A stretch of 32,000 nt of DNA from Dickeya solani IPO 2222 (lineage in GTDB: Bacteria > Pseudomonadota > Gammaproteobacteria > Enterobacterales > Enterobacteriaceae). Position 1 is the first letter of the stretch, and the number at the start of each line of letters is the position of its first letter. The DNA is taken from the NCBI RefSeq assembly GCF_001644705.1, contig NZ_CP015137.1, positions 3,420,001 to 3,452,000 on the forward strand, read 5' to 3'. Below, piece after piece: positions 19,795 to 28,467 of the stretch. Position numbers and translations under genes: made by a program. A model generated the notes under the pieces. It did not search any database, had not been told where the DNA came from, and saw nothing but the letters and a program-made list of their open reading frames with translations.

Positions 19795-20635
19795 AGAACT
19801 GCTTTACGCACCGGTAGCATGGCACGATTGCAGCGGGGATTTTGTCGATATCCTTTATCACAAGTCGGCCGACGGCATCGCCAAAATCACCATCAATCGT
19901 CCTCAGGTGCGCAACGCGTTCCGCCCGCAAACGGTAAAAGAGATGATTCAGGCGCTGGACAACGCCCGTCATGACGACGGCATCGGCGTGATCATCCTGA
20001 CCGGCGCCGGCGAGAAAGCGTTCTGTTCCGGCGGCGACCAGAAAGTGCGCGGCGATTACGGCGGCTACAAAGACGACAGCGGCGTTCATCATCTCAACGT
20101 GCTGGATTTCCAGCGTCAAATCCGCACCTGCCCGAAACCGGTGGTGGCGATGGTGGCGGGTTATTCCATCGGTGGCGGCCATGTGCTGCACATGATGTGC
20201 GATCTGACCATTGCGGCGGAAAATGCCATTTTCGGTCAGACCGGACCTCGCGTCGGCTCCTTTGACGGCGGCTGGGGCGCGTCGTATATGGCACGCATCG
20301 TCGGCCAGAAAAAGGCTCGCGAAATCTGGTTCTTGTGCCGTCAGTATGATGCTCAGCAGGCGCTGGATATGGGGCTGGTCAACACCGTGGTGCCGGTGGC
20401 GGAGCTGGAGCGCGAAACCGTGCGCTGGTGCCGTGAAATGCTGCAAAACAGCCCGATGGCGTTGCGTTGCCTGAAAGCCGCGCTGAATGCCGACTGCGAC
20501 GGTCAGTCCGGGTTGCAGGAACTGGCCGGCAACGCCACCATGCTGTTCTACATGACGGAAGAAGGGCAGGAAGGCCGCAATGCCTTTAACGAAAAACGCC
20601 AGCCCGACTTCAGCAAATTCAAGCGGAATCCCTGA
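19778..20635 (+). CDS. menB: 1,4-dihydroxy-2-naphthoyl-CoA synthase
   Basis: It reads [22 protein letters not shown]... and is 285 aa, very similar to remembered E. coli MenB along its whole length. AAGGAAG lies 7 nt upstream of the ATG at 19778. It overlaps the menH 3' end by 17 nt. Confidence 0.97.
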   Translation: MLYPSEELLYAPVAWHDCSGDFVDILYHKSADGIAKITINRPQVRNAFRPQTVKEMIQALDNARHDDGIGVIILTGAGEKAFCSGGDQKVRGDYGGYKDDSGVHHLNVLDFQRQIRTCPKPVVAMVAGYSIGGGHVLHMMCDLTIAAENAIFGQTGPRVGSFDGGWGASYMARIVGQKKAREIWFLCRQYDAQQALDMGLVNTVVPVAELERETVRWCREMLQNSPMALRCLKAALNADCDGQSGLQELAGNATMLFYMTEEGQEGRNAFNEKRQPDFSKFKRNP

Positions 20636-21603
20636 TGCGTCAGGCCATCCTCTACCGTTACAGCGTGCCGATGGACGCCGGGGTGGTGCTGCGCAACCAA
20701 CGCCTGAAAACCCGCGATGGGCTGCTTATCCGCCTGCGTGACGGCGAGCGGGAAGGTTGGGGCGAGGTCGCGCCGTTGCCGCAGTTCAGTGTGGAAACGC
20801 TGGAGGAGGCGTCCAGCGCGGCGCAGACGCAACTGCAAGCCTGGCTGTCAGGGCAGGAGCCGGACGAGTGCGGCTTGCCCTCGGTCGATTTCGGCGTTAG
20901 CTGCGCGCTGGCCGAATTGTCCGGCCTGCTGCCCGACGACGCGGACTATCGTAAGGCGCCGCTGTGCAATGGCGATCCGGATGAATTGTTCGCCATGCTG
21001 CAAAGCCTGCCCGAGCCGGTGGCGAAGGTGAAGGTCGGGCTGTATGAAGCGGTACGCGACGGCATGATCGTCAACCTGTTGCTGGACGCGCTGCCCGAAC
21101 TGCGCTTGCGGCTGGATGCCAACCGCAGCTGGACGCGAGCCAAAGCCGATGGATTCGCCCGCTATGTGACGCCGGCCTATCGTTCCCGCATCGCTTTTCT
21201 GGAAGAGCCCTGCAAAACCCGCGACGAGTCGCGCGATTTCGCCCGCGCTACCGGTATTGCCATCGCCTGGGATGAAAGTGTGCGCGAGCCGGGATTCCGA
21301 GTTGAAGCGGAACCGGGCGTGGCCGCCATTATTATCAAACCTTCGCTGACCGGCAGCCTGAACCGCTGTCGTCAACTGGTGGAGCAGGCGCATCAGGCTG
21401 GCCTGACCGCGGTGATCAGCTCGGGCATCGAGTCCAGCCTTGGGCTGACGCAGCTGGCGCGGCTGGCGCGCTGGCTGACGCCGGGCGTTCTGCCGGGGCT
21501 GGATACGCTGGATCTGATGCAGGTGCAGGTGGTGCGCGCCTGGCCTGACAGCACGTTGCCGTTGATCGCGGCGGATCGTCTGGAGCCGATATGGCAAGAC
21601 TGA
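20635..21603 (+). CDS. menC: o-succinylbenzoate synthase (enolase superfamily)
   Basis: [44 protein letters not shown] matches the E. coli MenC N-terminus. [20 protein letters not shown] and RLDANRSW are also conserved. The ATG overlaps the menB TGA. Confidence 0.93.
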   Translation: MRQAILYRYSVPMDAGVVLRNQRLKTRDGLLIRLRDGEREGWGEVAPLPQFSVETLEEASSAAQTQLQAWLSGQEPDECGLPSVDFGVSCALAELSGLLPDDADYRKAPLCNGDPDELFAMLQSLPEPVAKVKVGLYEAVRDGMIVNLLLDALPELRLRLDANRSWTRAKADGFARYVTPAYRSRIAFLEEPCKTRDESRDFARATGIAIAWDESVREPGFRVEAEPGVAAIIIKPSLTGSLNRCRQLVEQAHQAGLTAVISSGIESSLGLTQLARLARWLTPGVLPGLDTLDLMQVQVVRAWPDSTLPLIAADRLEPIWQD

Positions 21604-22970
21604 CCGACTGGCCCTGGCGAAGCTGGGCCGCGTCTCAGCCGATGGCGCCGGCGCTGATGGACGACGACGGGATCTGGAGCTGGCAGCAACTGGCGAATCA
21701 TCTTAATCAACTGGCGACCGGCTTCGTTCGTCAGGGGGTGAGGCCCGGCATGGGGGTGGCGCTGCGCGGTAAAAACAGCACCGAAATGCTGTTCTGTTAT
21801 CTGGCGCTGTTGCAGTGCGGGGCACGCCTGTTGCCATTGAACCCTCAACTGCCCGATACGCTGCTGAATGCGTTGCTGCCCGCGCTGAATATCGAGTATG
21901 GGTTGAGCGGGGATGGCTATGCGTGGCCTCAGAACATCATTGCTCTGAGCCGGTCGACGTTATCGCCGGATGATGTGCTGCCGGCATTGCCGTGGGAAGC
22001 GCAGCGGCTGGCGACCATGACGTTGACGTCCGGTTCCAGCGGCATGCCGAAAGCGGCGGTGCATACCTGCGAGGCTCATCTGGTGAGCGCTGAAGGCGTA
22101 CTGGCGCTGATGGCGTTCAGCGCGGGCGATCGCTGGTTGCTGTCGCTGCCGCTGTTTCACGTGTCCGGACAGGGGATTGTCTGGCGCTGGCTGGCCGCTG
22201 GGGCATCGCTGGTGGTCAGGCCGGATCAGCCGTTGGATGTCGCCTTGCGAGTGTGTACTCACGCTTCGCTGGTTCCCACCCAGCTTTGGCGTCTTCTGTC
22301 GCAGAACCGCTCTCCGATCAGCCTGCGGGCGGTGCTGCTGGGCGGTGCGATGATCCCGGCGGAGCTAACCCGACAGGCGGAAGCGCGGGGCATCCGTTGC
22401 TGGTGCGGCTACGGCCTGACGGAACTGGCGTCCACGGTGTGCGCCAAGCGCGCGGATGCCGGCGGCGGCGTTGGGTTACCGCTGGCGGGGCGCGAGATAC
22501 GGCTGGAGGGCGAAGAGATTCTGCTGCGCGGCCGCTGTCTGGCGGTGGGATACTGGCGCGAAGGCGGGGTGAGCCCGCTCACTGATGCGCAAGGCTGGTT
22601 TCATACTCGCGATCGCGGTCAGTGGGATGGACATGAATGGCGAATTCTGGGGCGGCTGGATAATCAGTTCTTCAGTGGCGGCGAGGGGATTCAGCCGGAA
22701 GATGTGGAAGCGGTTCTGCTACAGCATCCGGATGTGACCTATGCCTGCGTGGTGCCGGTGGATGATCCGGAGTTCGGCCAGCGCCCGGTGGCGGTCGTCG
22801 AAGTAGAAAACGCCTTGCCGTTGCCCCAGTTGGTCGCATGGTGGCAATCCCGCCTGGCGGGATTCCAGCGTCCGGTGGCGTGTTACCCGCTGCCGGCTGC
22901 GTTGAAAAACGGCGGGATCAAGGTATCCCGCCAGCAGGTGAAAACCTGGGTGGAGCAGCAGCCGCGCTGA
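21591..22970 (+). CDS. menE: o-succinylbenzoate-CoA ligase
   Basis: DWPWRSWA, the AMP-binding motif [33 protein letters not shown] and [17 protein letters not shown] align with E. coli MenE. It overlaps menC by 13 nt. Confidence 0.92.
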   Translation: MARLTDWPWRSWAASQPMAPALMDDDGIWSWQQLANHLNQLATGFVRQGVRPGMGVALRGKNSTEMLFCYLALLQCGARLLPLNPQLPDTLLNALLPALNIEYGLSGDGYAWPQNIIALSRSTLSPDDVLPALPWEAQRLATMTLTSGSSGMPKAAVHTCEAHLVSAEGVLALMAFSAGDRWLLSLPLFHVSGQGIVWRWLAAGASLVVRPDQPLDVALRVCTHASLVPTQLWRLLSQNRSPISLRAVLLGGAMIPAELTRQAEARGIRCWCGYGLTELASTVCAKRADAGGGVGLPLAGREIRLEGEEILLRGRCLAVGYWREGGVSPLTDAQGWFHTRDRGQWDGHEWRILGRLDNQFFSGGEGIQPEDVEAVLLQHPDVTYACVVPVDDPEFGQRPVAVVEVENALPLPQLVAWWQSRLAGFQRPVACYPLPAALKNGGIKVSRQQVKTWVEQQPR

Positions 22971-23152
22971 TTGGCATGACGGGCGGCTGCGTGAGCAGAG
23001 TGGGGCGGTCGGCCGATCGGTGCGTTTGGTCGGGAAGAGTAAAACGCCCTGTTTTTCGTCGCGACAGCATCATTCGTCGGTTATTTATGCTTTTGGCCGC
23101 TGAAGATTTAGGTAAAATGCGTGTTAACATTACGGTGTTGTGCGCGTTTAAC

Positions 23153-23302
23153 TTGGAACCTATCCCACCAGGCTATTTTACTTGCCATTTTGGACCTGGG
23201 CAGTGCCCGAAACCCTCACGTACTCCGTGTACGCTCCGGTTTTTCCGTGCTGTCCGTGTCCAAACTGGCTGCGCCAATGACGCCGATTGGGACAGGTTCT
23301 TA
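23153..23302. mobile_element. MITE-like whole-length palindromic repeat, copy A (unclassified family)
   Basis: It is roughly 85-90% identical by eye to 27024-27174 over about 150 bp, in the same orientation. It has imperfect terminal inverted repeats (ggaacctatcccaccagg ... ccgattgggacaggttc). It has no coding capacity and lies between menE and yfaZ. Confidence 0.7.
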
Positions 23303-23324
23303 TTCGTCTTTAAGGATTATAGAA

Positions 23325-23870
23325 ATGAAAAAGTGGGTTATTGCTTGTGCGGGAAGTTTGCTGCTGGCGACTGTTTCCGCTCATGCCATCGGTATTTCCG
23401 GGGAAGCGGGTCGTGACTATACGGGCGTCAACGCCGGTTTTGGTCTGGGCGTGCCTGGTCTGTCCGGCAATGCAGGCTGGAGCCATGATGACAAACACAG
23501 CAATGACGTCTACAGCGCCGGTCTGGATTATACCTTCGCGCTGAGCAACGCGTCGCTCAAAGTGGGAGCCAAAGGGCTTTACCTGAACCAGAACCATTTT
23601 AAAGATGGTTATGGCGTCGCGCTGGGCGGCGGCTTGCAGGTGCCGGTGACCAGCTCCATTTCCCTGTACGGCGAAGGCTATTACTCGCCGGACGCGTTCT
23701 CCAGCCATGTGGACCACTATGTGGAAGCCCGTGGCGGCGTGCGCTGGCAGCCGTTCCGTCCGCTGTCGTTGGATGTCGGGTATCGCTATATCAACATGGC
23801 GTCCGGCGAAGCCAGTAACGACAACCGCGTGGCGGATACCGCTTACGTTGGCGTGGGGCTGAATTTCTGA
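23325..23870 (+). CDS. yfaZ: YfaZ-family outer-membrane protein
   Basis: It begins with a signal peptide, MKKWVIACAGSLLLATVSAHA. The beta-barrel-like body ends ...YVGVGLNF, resembling remembered E. coli YfaZ (GGGLQ, GEYYYSPD, AGYRYLN, PYVGV..F). AAGGA lies 8 nt upstream of the ATG at 23325. The longer track ORFs run through the MITE. Confidence 0.85.
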   Translation: MKKWVIACAGSLLLATVSAHAIGISGEAGRDYTGVNAGFGLGVPGLSGNAGWSHDDKHSNDVYSAGLDYTFALSNASLKVGAKGLYLNQNHFKDGYGVALGGGLQVPVTSSISLYGEGYYSPDAFSSHVDHYVEARGGVRWQPFRPLSLDVGYRYINMASGEASNDNRVADTAYVGVGLNF

Positions 23871-23893
23871 TTCCCCGACCTCGGTGGCAGACT

Positions 23894-23930
23894 AAAACAA
23901 AAGGCGTGTTTATCACGCCTTTTGTTTTTT
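23894..23930 (+). terminator. Rho-independent terminator of yfaZ
   Basis: A perfect 15-bp stem (aaaacaaaaggcgtg 23894-23908 / cacgccttttgtttt 23914-23928) with a 5-nt loop runs into a T-tract. Confidence 0.85.
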
Positions 23931-24009
23931 GGGGTCGGCGGAGAGTGTCATTGTGTTTATGGCGTCGAGTTTCTAAAGTGGTGTGAAACCATCATAAGGA
24001 GTGACGTGG

Positions 24010-25203
24010 ATGCTTAGGGTTGAGATGTTATGTACCGGCGATGAAGTGCTGCACGGCCAGATTGTGGATACCAACGCCGCCTGGCTGGCGGATTACCTGT
24101 TTTCACAGGGCGTGCCGATGACCAGCCGCATGACGGTGGGCGATAAGCTGGAGGAGCTGGTGGCCGCGTTGACCGAGCGCAGCCAGATCGCCGATGTGCT
24201 GATCGTCAATGGTGGGCTGGGGCCGACCAGCGATGATCTCAGCTCGCTGGCGGCGGCCACGGCAGCCGGAGAAACGCTGGTCGAGCACGCCGAATGGATC
24301 GCCCGCATGGAAGCTTTCTTCGTCGAGCGTGGCCGGGTCATGGCCGACAGTAACCGTAAACAGGCGCAATTGCCCGCCAGCGCTGAATTGGTGGATAACC
24401 CGGTCGGCACCGCCTGCGGTTTTGCGATGCAATTGAACCAGTGCCTGATGTTTTTCACCCCTGGCGTGCCGTCCGAATTCAAAGTGATGGTGGAGCAGCA
24501 GATTCTGCCGCGCCTGCGTCAACGTTTTGCCGTTGCCGAACCGCCGCAGTGTTTGCGGCTGACCACGTTCGGCCGTTCCGAAAGCGATCTCGCCAGTCAG
24601 CTCGATAGCCTGCCGCTGCCGCCGGACGTGGTGCTGGGGTATCGCTCCTCCATACCGATTATCGAGCTGAAGCTGACCGGCCCGGCCACACGGCGTGCGG
24701 AGATGGAAACCGTGTGGGAAACGGTGCGCGACGTTGCCGGCGAAAATGCGATTTTCGAAGGCACCAACGGGTTGCCTGCGCAGCTGGCGCACCGCCTTGG
24801 CGAGCGCGGGTTGCGTCTGACGGTGGCGGAGGATTTCACCGCTGGTCTGCTCAACTGGCAACTGCGTGAGGCGGATGCGCCGTTGTCCGGCGGCGAGCTG
24901 CGGGTGGAAAGCGAGGCGTTGACGCTGGCGGCCGTCGCTGAGGCGACCCAAACGCTGGCGCAGCGCCACCAAACGGAACTGGCGCTGTACGTTGGCCGTT
25001 CTGATGACGGTATTCTGATGCTGGCGTTGCACACCCCCGAGGGGACATTCGCCCAGACGATTCAGGTGAATGTGCGGCGTTATAGCCGTAAAACCCATCA
25101 GGATGTGGTGGCGATGCTGGCGATGAACATGCTGCGCCGCTGGCTCAATGGTTGGTCAGTGTATGGCGGTCATGGCTGGATCAGCGTGCTGGAGACGTTG
25201 TAA
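24010..25203 (+). CDS. yfaY: CinA-like / MoCF-biosynthesis-domain protein
   Basis: From the ATG at 24010 it reads [31 protein letters not shown], matching E. coli YfaY ([31 protein letters not shown]). [14 protein letters not shown] and NPVGTACGF are also conserved. AAGGAG lies 9 nt upstream. Confidence 0.9.
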   Translation: [397 protein letters not shown]

Positions 25204-25260
25204 GCCGCAGTCGGGCAACGGCGCGCGCGGGGGCAAGGGCCCCCGCCGTTATGGTCGGGA

Positions 25261-26121
25261 TCAGTACAGCAGCGAGTACAACTGACGGCGATAGCGGGCA
25301 GCCAGCGCGTCGCCGGTGCCAAGCGCGGACATGATATCCATCATCGTTTTGCGGGCGTTGCCGCCGGCAGCGGTCAGATCTTTCTTCAGCATCCCCATCA
25401 GCAGTTCCAGCGCTTCTTCGTTGCGCCCGACCTGATGCAGTTGCAGGCTGAGCTGCACCGCCAGCTCTTCATTATTCGGCGAAGCCGCCAGTTGCTGCTG
25501 CAATTGCTGGATTTCCGGCGTATCCGCCGCCTGTTTCATCAGTTCGATTTGCGCCACCAGCCCGTGGTAACGGGTGTCCTGATCCTGTAGCGGGATCGTA
25601 TCCAGCACCGTTTGCGCGTCCTCGCTGCGGTTGAGCTGGATCTGCACTTCCGCCAGCAGCAGTGCGATATCGCTGCGTTTGGCGTCCAGTTGCCAGGCAT
25701 CTTTCAGCAGCACGGCGGCTTCTTTCAACTGGTTCTCCTGAATCAGTTGCTGAGCCTGCGCCAGTTTCAGGTCTTCGGCTTTGGGCAGCACCCGCTGCAG
25801 CAGGTCGCGGATAACCTCTTCCGGCTGCGGCCCCTGAAAACCGTCCACCGGCTGACCGTCCTTGAACAGATAAACCGTCGGGATGGCGCGCAGGCCGAAT
25901 TGGGCTGCCACGCGCTGTTCGGCGTCGCAATCCACTTTGGCCAGAATAAACTGACCGGCATATTCCGCCGCCAGTTTGTCCAGCACCGGCTCCAACTGCT
26001 GGCAATGGGTGCTGCGTTCGGACCAGAAGTAGAACAGCACCGGGGCGCTCATGGACTGTTCCAGCACCTGATGCAGGTTGGTCTCGTTGATATCAATCAT
26101 AGTGGCGTGTTGTTCTAACAT
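25261..26121 (-). CDS. cnoX: Chaperedoxin (thioredoxin-fold plus TPR co-chaperone)
   Basis: The 286-aa ORF aligns throughout with remembered E. coli YbbN/CnoX ([44 protein letters not shown], and C-terminal RRQLYSLLY). Confidence 0.92.
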   Translation of the reverse strand: MLEQHATMIDINETNLHQVLEQSMSAPVLFYFWSERSTHCQQLEPVLDKLAAEYAGQFILAKVDCDAEQRVAAQFGLRAIPTVYLFKDGQPVDGFQGPQPEEVIRDLLQRVLPKAEDLKLAQAQQLIQENQLKEAAVLLKDAWQLDAKRSDIALLLAEVQIQLNRSEDAQTVLDTIPLQDQDTRYHGLVAQIELMKQAADTPEIQQLQQQLAASPNNEELAVQLSLQLHQVGRNEEALELLMGMLKKDLTAAGGNARKTMMDIMSALGTGDALAARYRRQLYSLLY

Positions 26122-26183
26122 GTCATTCTCTCTTAGCCGTTTCAGCCATTAATGGGGGCGATGTCCGCCACTTCAACCCCGAA

Positions 26184-26960
26184 TCAGGATTTTGTCCGCA
26201 ACAGGTGATCAAGCGCGCGGCCCGGCAACAATCGACGCAGTACGGTGATGCCGTGGGCGAGCAGCGTCACCGGGTAGCGCAGTTTCGGGCGCGGGCTTTC
26301 CAGCGCGTGAATCAGTTTGGGCAGCACCGCTTCCGGCGGCAGGGTAAAGCGGCTGGCGATGCCGGGATTGGTGACCGGCTTATCCTGCTGCGTTTGATCG
26401 ACATTGTGGGTGAAATTGGTGCTGATCGGGCCGGGCTCGATCAGCGATACGTATAAACCGCTGCCGTGCAATTCCATACGCAACGCATCGGACCAGGCTT
26501 CCAGCGCGTATTTGCTGGCGGCGTAAGCGCCGCGCCCTGGGGTGGAAATCAGCCCCATCACCGAGCTGGTCTGGATAATTCGCCCCTCGCCGTAAGGCAA
26601 CATGGCCGGCAGCAACAGTTGGGTCAACTGGTGAGTGCCGAACAGGTTGCTGGAGAATTGTTGTTCCAGTTGCTGGCGGGAAATGGTGTTGAGCGGCCCG
26701 TACAGCCCGTAACCGGCGTTGTTGAACAGGCCGTAGAGCCGGTTGCCGGTCAGGGTAATCACGACGTCGGCGGCCTGCCTGACGCTGGCGCTGCTGTCGA
26801 GATCCAGATCGATCCCCTCAAAACCCAGCGAGTTCATGCGCGCCACATCCTGATGACGGCGGCAGGCCGCCAGTACGCGATAACCGCGTTGTTGCAGACA
26901 TTGAGCGGCAATCAGGCCAATACCGCTGGAGCAACCAGTAATCAAAACCGCTTTTTGCAT
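26184..26960 (-). CDS. ybbO: Short-chain dehydrogenase/reductase (NADP-dependent aldehyde reductase type)
   Basis: It has the TGCSSGIG cofactor motif and the catalytic YAASKYALEAWSDALRMEL, and aligns with remembered E. coli YbbO. It occupies the same position between ybbN and tesA as in E. coli. Confidence 0.9.
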   Translation of the reverse strand: MQKAVLITGCSSGIGLIAAQCLQQRGYRVLAACRRHQDVARMNSLGFEGIDLDLDSSASVRQAADVVITLTGNRLYGLFNNAGYGLYGPLNTISRQQLEQQFSSNLFGTHQLTQLLLPAMLPYGEGRIIQTSSVMGLISTPGRGAYAASKYALEAWSDALRMELHGSGLYVSLIEPGPISTNFTHNVDQTQQDKPVTNPGIASRFTLPPEAVLPKLIHALESPRPKLRYPVTLLAHGITVLRRLLPGRALDHLLRTKS

Positions 26961-27023
26961 AACTTTACCTAACGAAAACGCTTAAATATCAAGAGTCGTG
27001 GTTAACTATTAGTCTTTATCGAC

Positions 27024-27174
27024 TTAGAACCTATCACATTAGGACTATTTCACTTGCCATTTTGGACCTGGGCAGTGCTCGAAATCCTCACGTACTGCGT
27101 GTACGCTCCGGTTTTTCCGCGCTGTCCGTGTCCAAACCGGCTGCGCTAATGACGCCTAATAGGATAGGTTCTTA
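27024..27174. mobile_element. MITE-like whole-length palindromic repeat, copy B
   Basis: Terminal inverted repeats are ttagaacctatcacattagg (27024-27043) and cctaataggataggttctta (27155-27174). The element is symmetric about its midpoint (cgtac tgcgt gtacg at about 27091-27105). It is homologous to copy A at 23153-23302. Its last 3 nt are the tesA stop codon on the minus strand. Confidence 0.7.
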
Positions 27175-27813
27175 GTGCTGATTAACAACGGGTTCGAGCT
27201 GTTTTGCCATCCATCCGGCGATAAACGGCTGGGCATCGCGATTGGGATGGATGCCATCATCCTGCATCCATTCCGGTTTGAGATAAACCTGCTCCATGAA
27301 AAACGGCAGCAGCGGAATATCAAACGTTTTGGCGAGGCGCGGATAAACAGCACTGAACGATTCGGTATAGCGTCGCCCATAGTTGGCTGGCAAGCGGATT
27401 TGCATCAGCAGCGGTCGGGCGTTGGCCGTCTTGACCTGGGTAATAATGCTGGCGAGATCCCGCTCTACGTTCAGCGGGGGAAAACCACGCAGGCCGTCAT
27501 TGCCGCCCAGCTCGATCAACACCCAGCGCGGCTGGTGCTGTTGCAGCAATGTGGACAGGCGCGCCAGCCCCTGCGTTGCCGTGTCGCCGCTGATACTGGC
27601 GTTCACCACCCGGACTTTGGGCGCGGGAGAGCTGGACTGCCAGTTCGCGTCCAGCAGCGAAGGCCAGGCCTGATTCGCCGCCATACGATAGCCGGCGCTC
27701 AGGCTGTCGCCCAGCACCAGTAAGGTATCCGCCGCGAAGGCGCGCAGACTGAACAGGCCCCAAAACAGAAGGACAACGACATGCCAGCGGAAAACATTCT
27801 TGAAGTTCATCAT
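27172..27813 (-). CDS. tesA: Multifunctional acyl-CoA thioesterase I / protease I / lysophospholipase L1 (SGNH hydrolase)
   Basis: From the ATG at 27813 it reads MMNFKNVFRWHVVVLLFWGLFSLRAFAADTLLVLGDSLSAGYRM, matching the E. coli TesA N-terminus and GDS(L) motif. GGNDGLRG and DGIHPNRDAQPFIA are also conserved. The upstream part of track ORF 27172..28008 has no homology. Confidence 0.93.
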   Translation of the reverse strand: MMNFKNVFRWHVVVLLFWGLFSLRAFAADTLLVLGDSLSAGYRMAANQAWPSLLDANWQSSSPAPKVRVVNASISGDTATQGLARLSTLLQQHQPRWVLIELGGNDGLRGFPPLNVERDLASIITQVKTANARPLLMQIRLPANYGRRYTESFSAVYPRLAKTFDIPLLPFFMEQVYLKPEWMQDDGIHPNRDAQPFIAGWMAKQLEPVVNQH

Positions 27814-28467
27814 CTTAGTAAGCACGTTGGTCAGGGGGAACACCAGCTCTCCATCCTCACCGGAGTTGAGCTGGTTGTCAAACCTGCGCAGACCATTGCG
27901 CTGGTGGGTGAATCCGGTTCGGGAAAATCCACCCTGTTGGGGATTCTGGCTGGGCTGGATGACGGCAGCAGCGGACAGGTGTCGCTGCTCGGTCAGCAAC
28001 TGGGCCAACTGGATGAGGAAGGACGGGCGGCGCTGCGGGCGAAGGACGTAGGATTCGTGTTCCAGTCTTTTATGCTGGTGCCGACCCTGACCGCGCTGGA
28101 AAACGTGCAGTTACCGGCGTTGCTGCGCGGTGAAAGCGACCGCCAGAGCCGCCAGCAGGCGGAGCAACTGTTGCAGCAGCTCGGTCTGGGCGCGCGATTG
28201 CAGCATTTGCCGGCACAGCTTTCCGGCGGCGAGCAGCAGCGCGTGGCGCTGGCGCGCGCATTTAGCGGCAGGCCGCGGGTCCTGTTTGCCGATGAGCCGA
28301 CCGGTAATCTGGACCGTCAGACCGGCGAGCGCATTGCCAACCTGTTGTTTTCCCTCAATCGTGACTTTGCCACTACCCTGATTCTGGTGACGCATGACGA
28401 GCAACTGGCGGCGCGTTGTGAACGTTGCCTGCGGTTGCTCGACGGCAAACTGTGGGAGGATGCATGA
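27781..28467 (+). CDS. ybbA: ABC transporter ATP-binding protein (MacB/LolD-type)
   Basis: MPAENILEVHHLSKHVGQGEHQLSILTGVELVV matches E. coli YbbA almost exactly. It has Walker A GESGSGKST, signature LSGGEQQR and Walker B LFADEP. Confidence 0.95.
   Translation: MPAENILEVHHLSKHVGQGEHQLSILTGVELVVKPAQTIALVGESGSGKSTLLGILAGLDDGSSGQVSLLGQQLGQLDEEGRAALRAKDVGFVFQSFMLVPTLTALENVQLPALLRGESDRQSRQQAEQLLQQLGLGARLQHLPAQLSGGEQQRVALARAFSGRPRVLFADEPTGNLDRQTGERIANLLFSLNRDFATTLILVTHDEQLAARCERCLRLLDGKLWEDA

Noticed and set aside
22838-23324. ORFs of 192 aa and 249 aa running from the menE 3' end through the intergenic region into yfaZ.
   Set aside because: They read through MITE copy A. The only conserved part is YfaZ, starting at the ATG at 23325 with its own SD and signal peptide.
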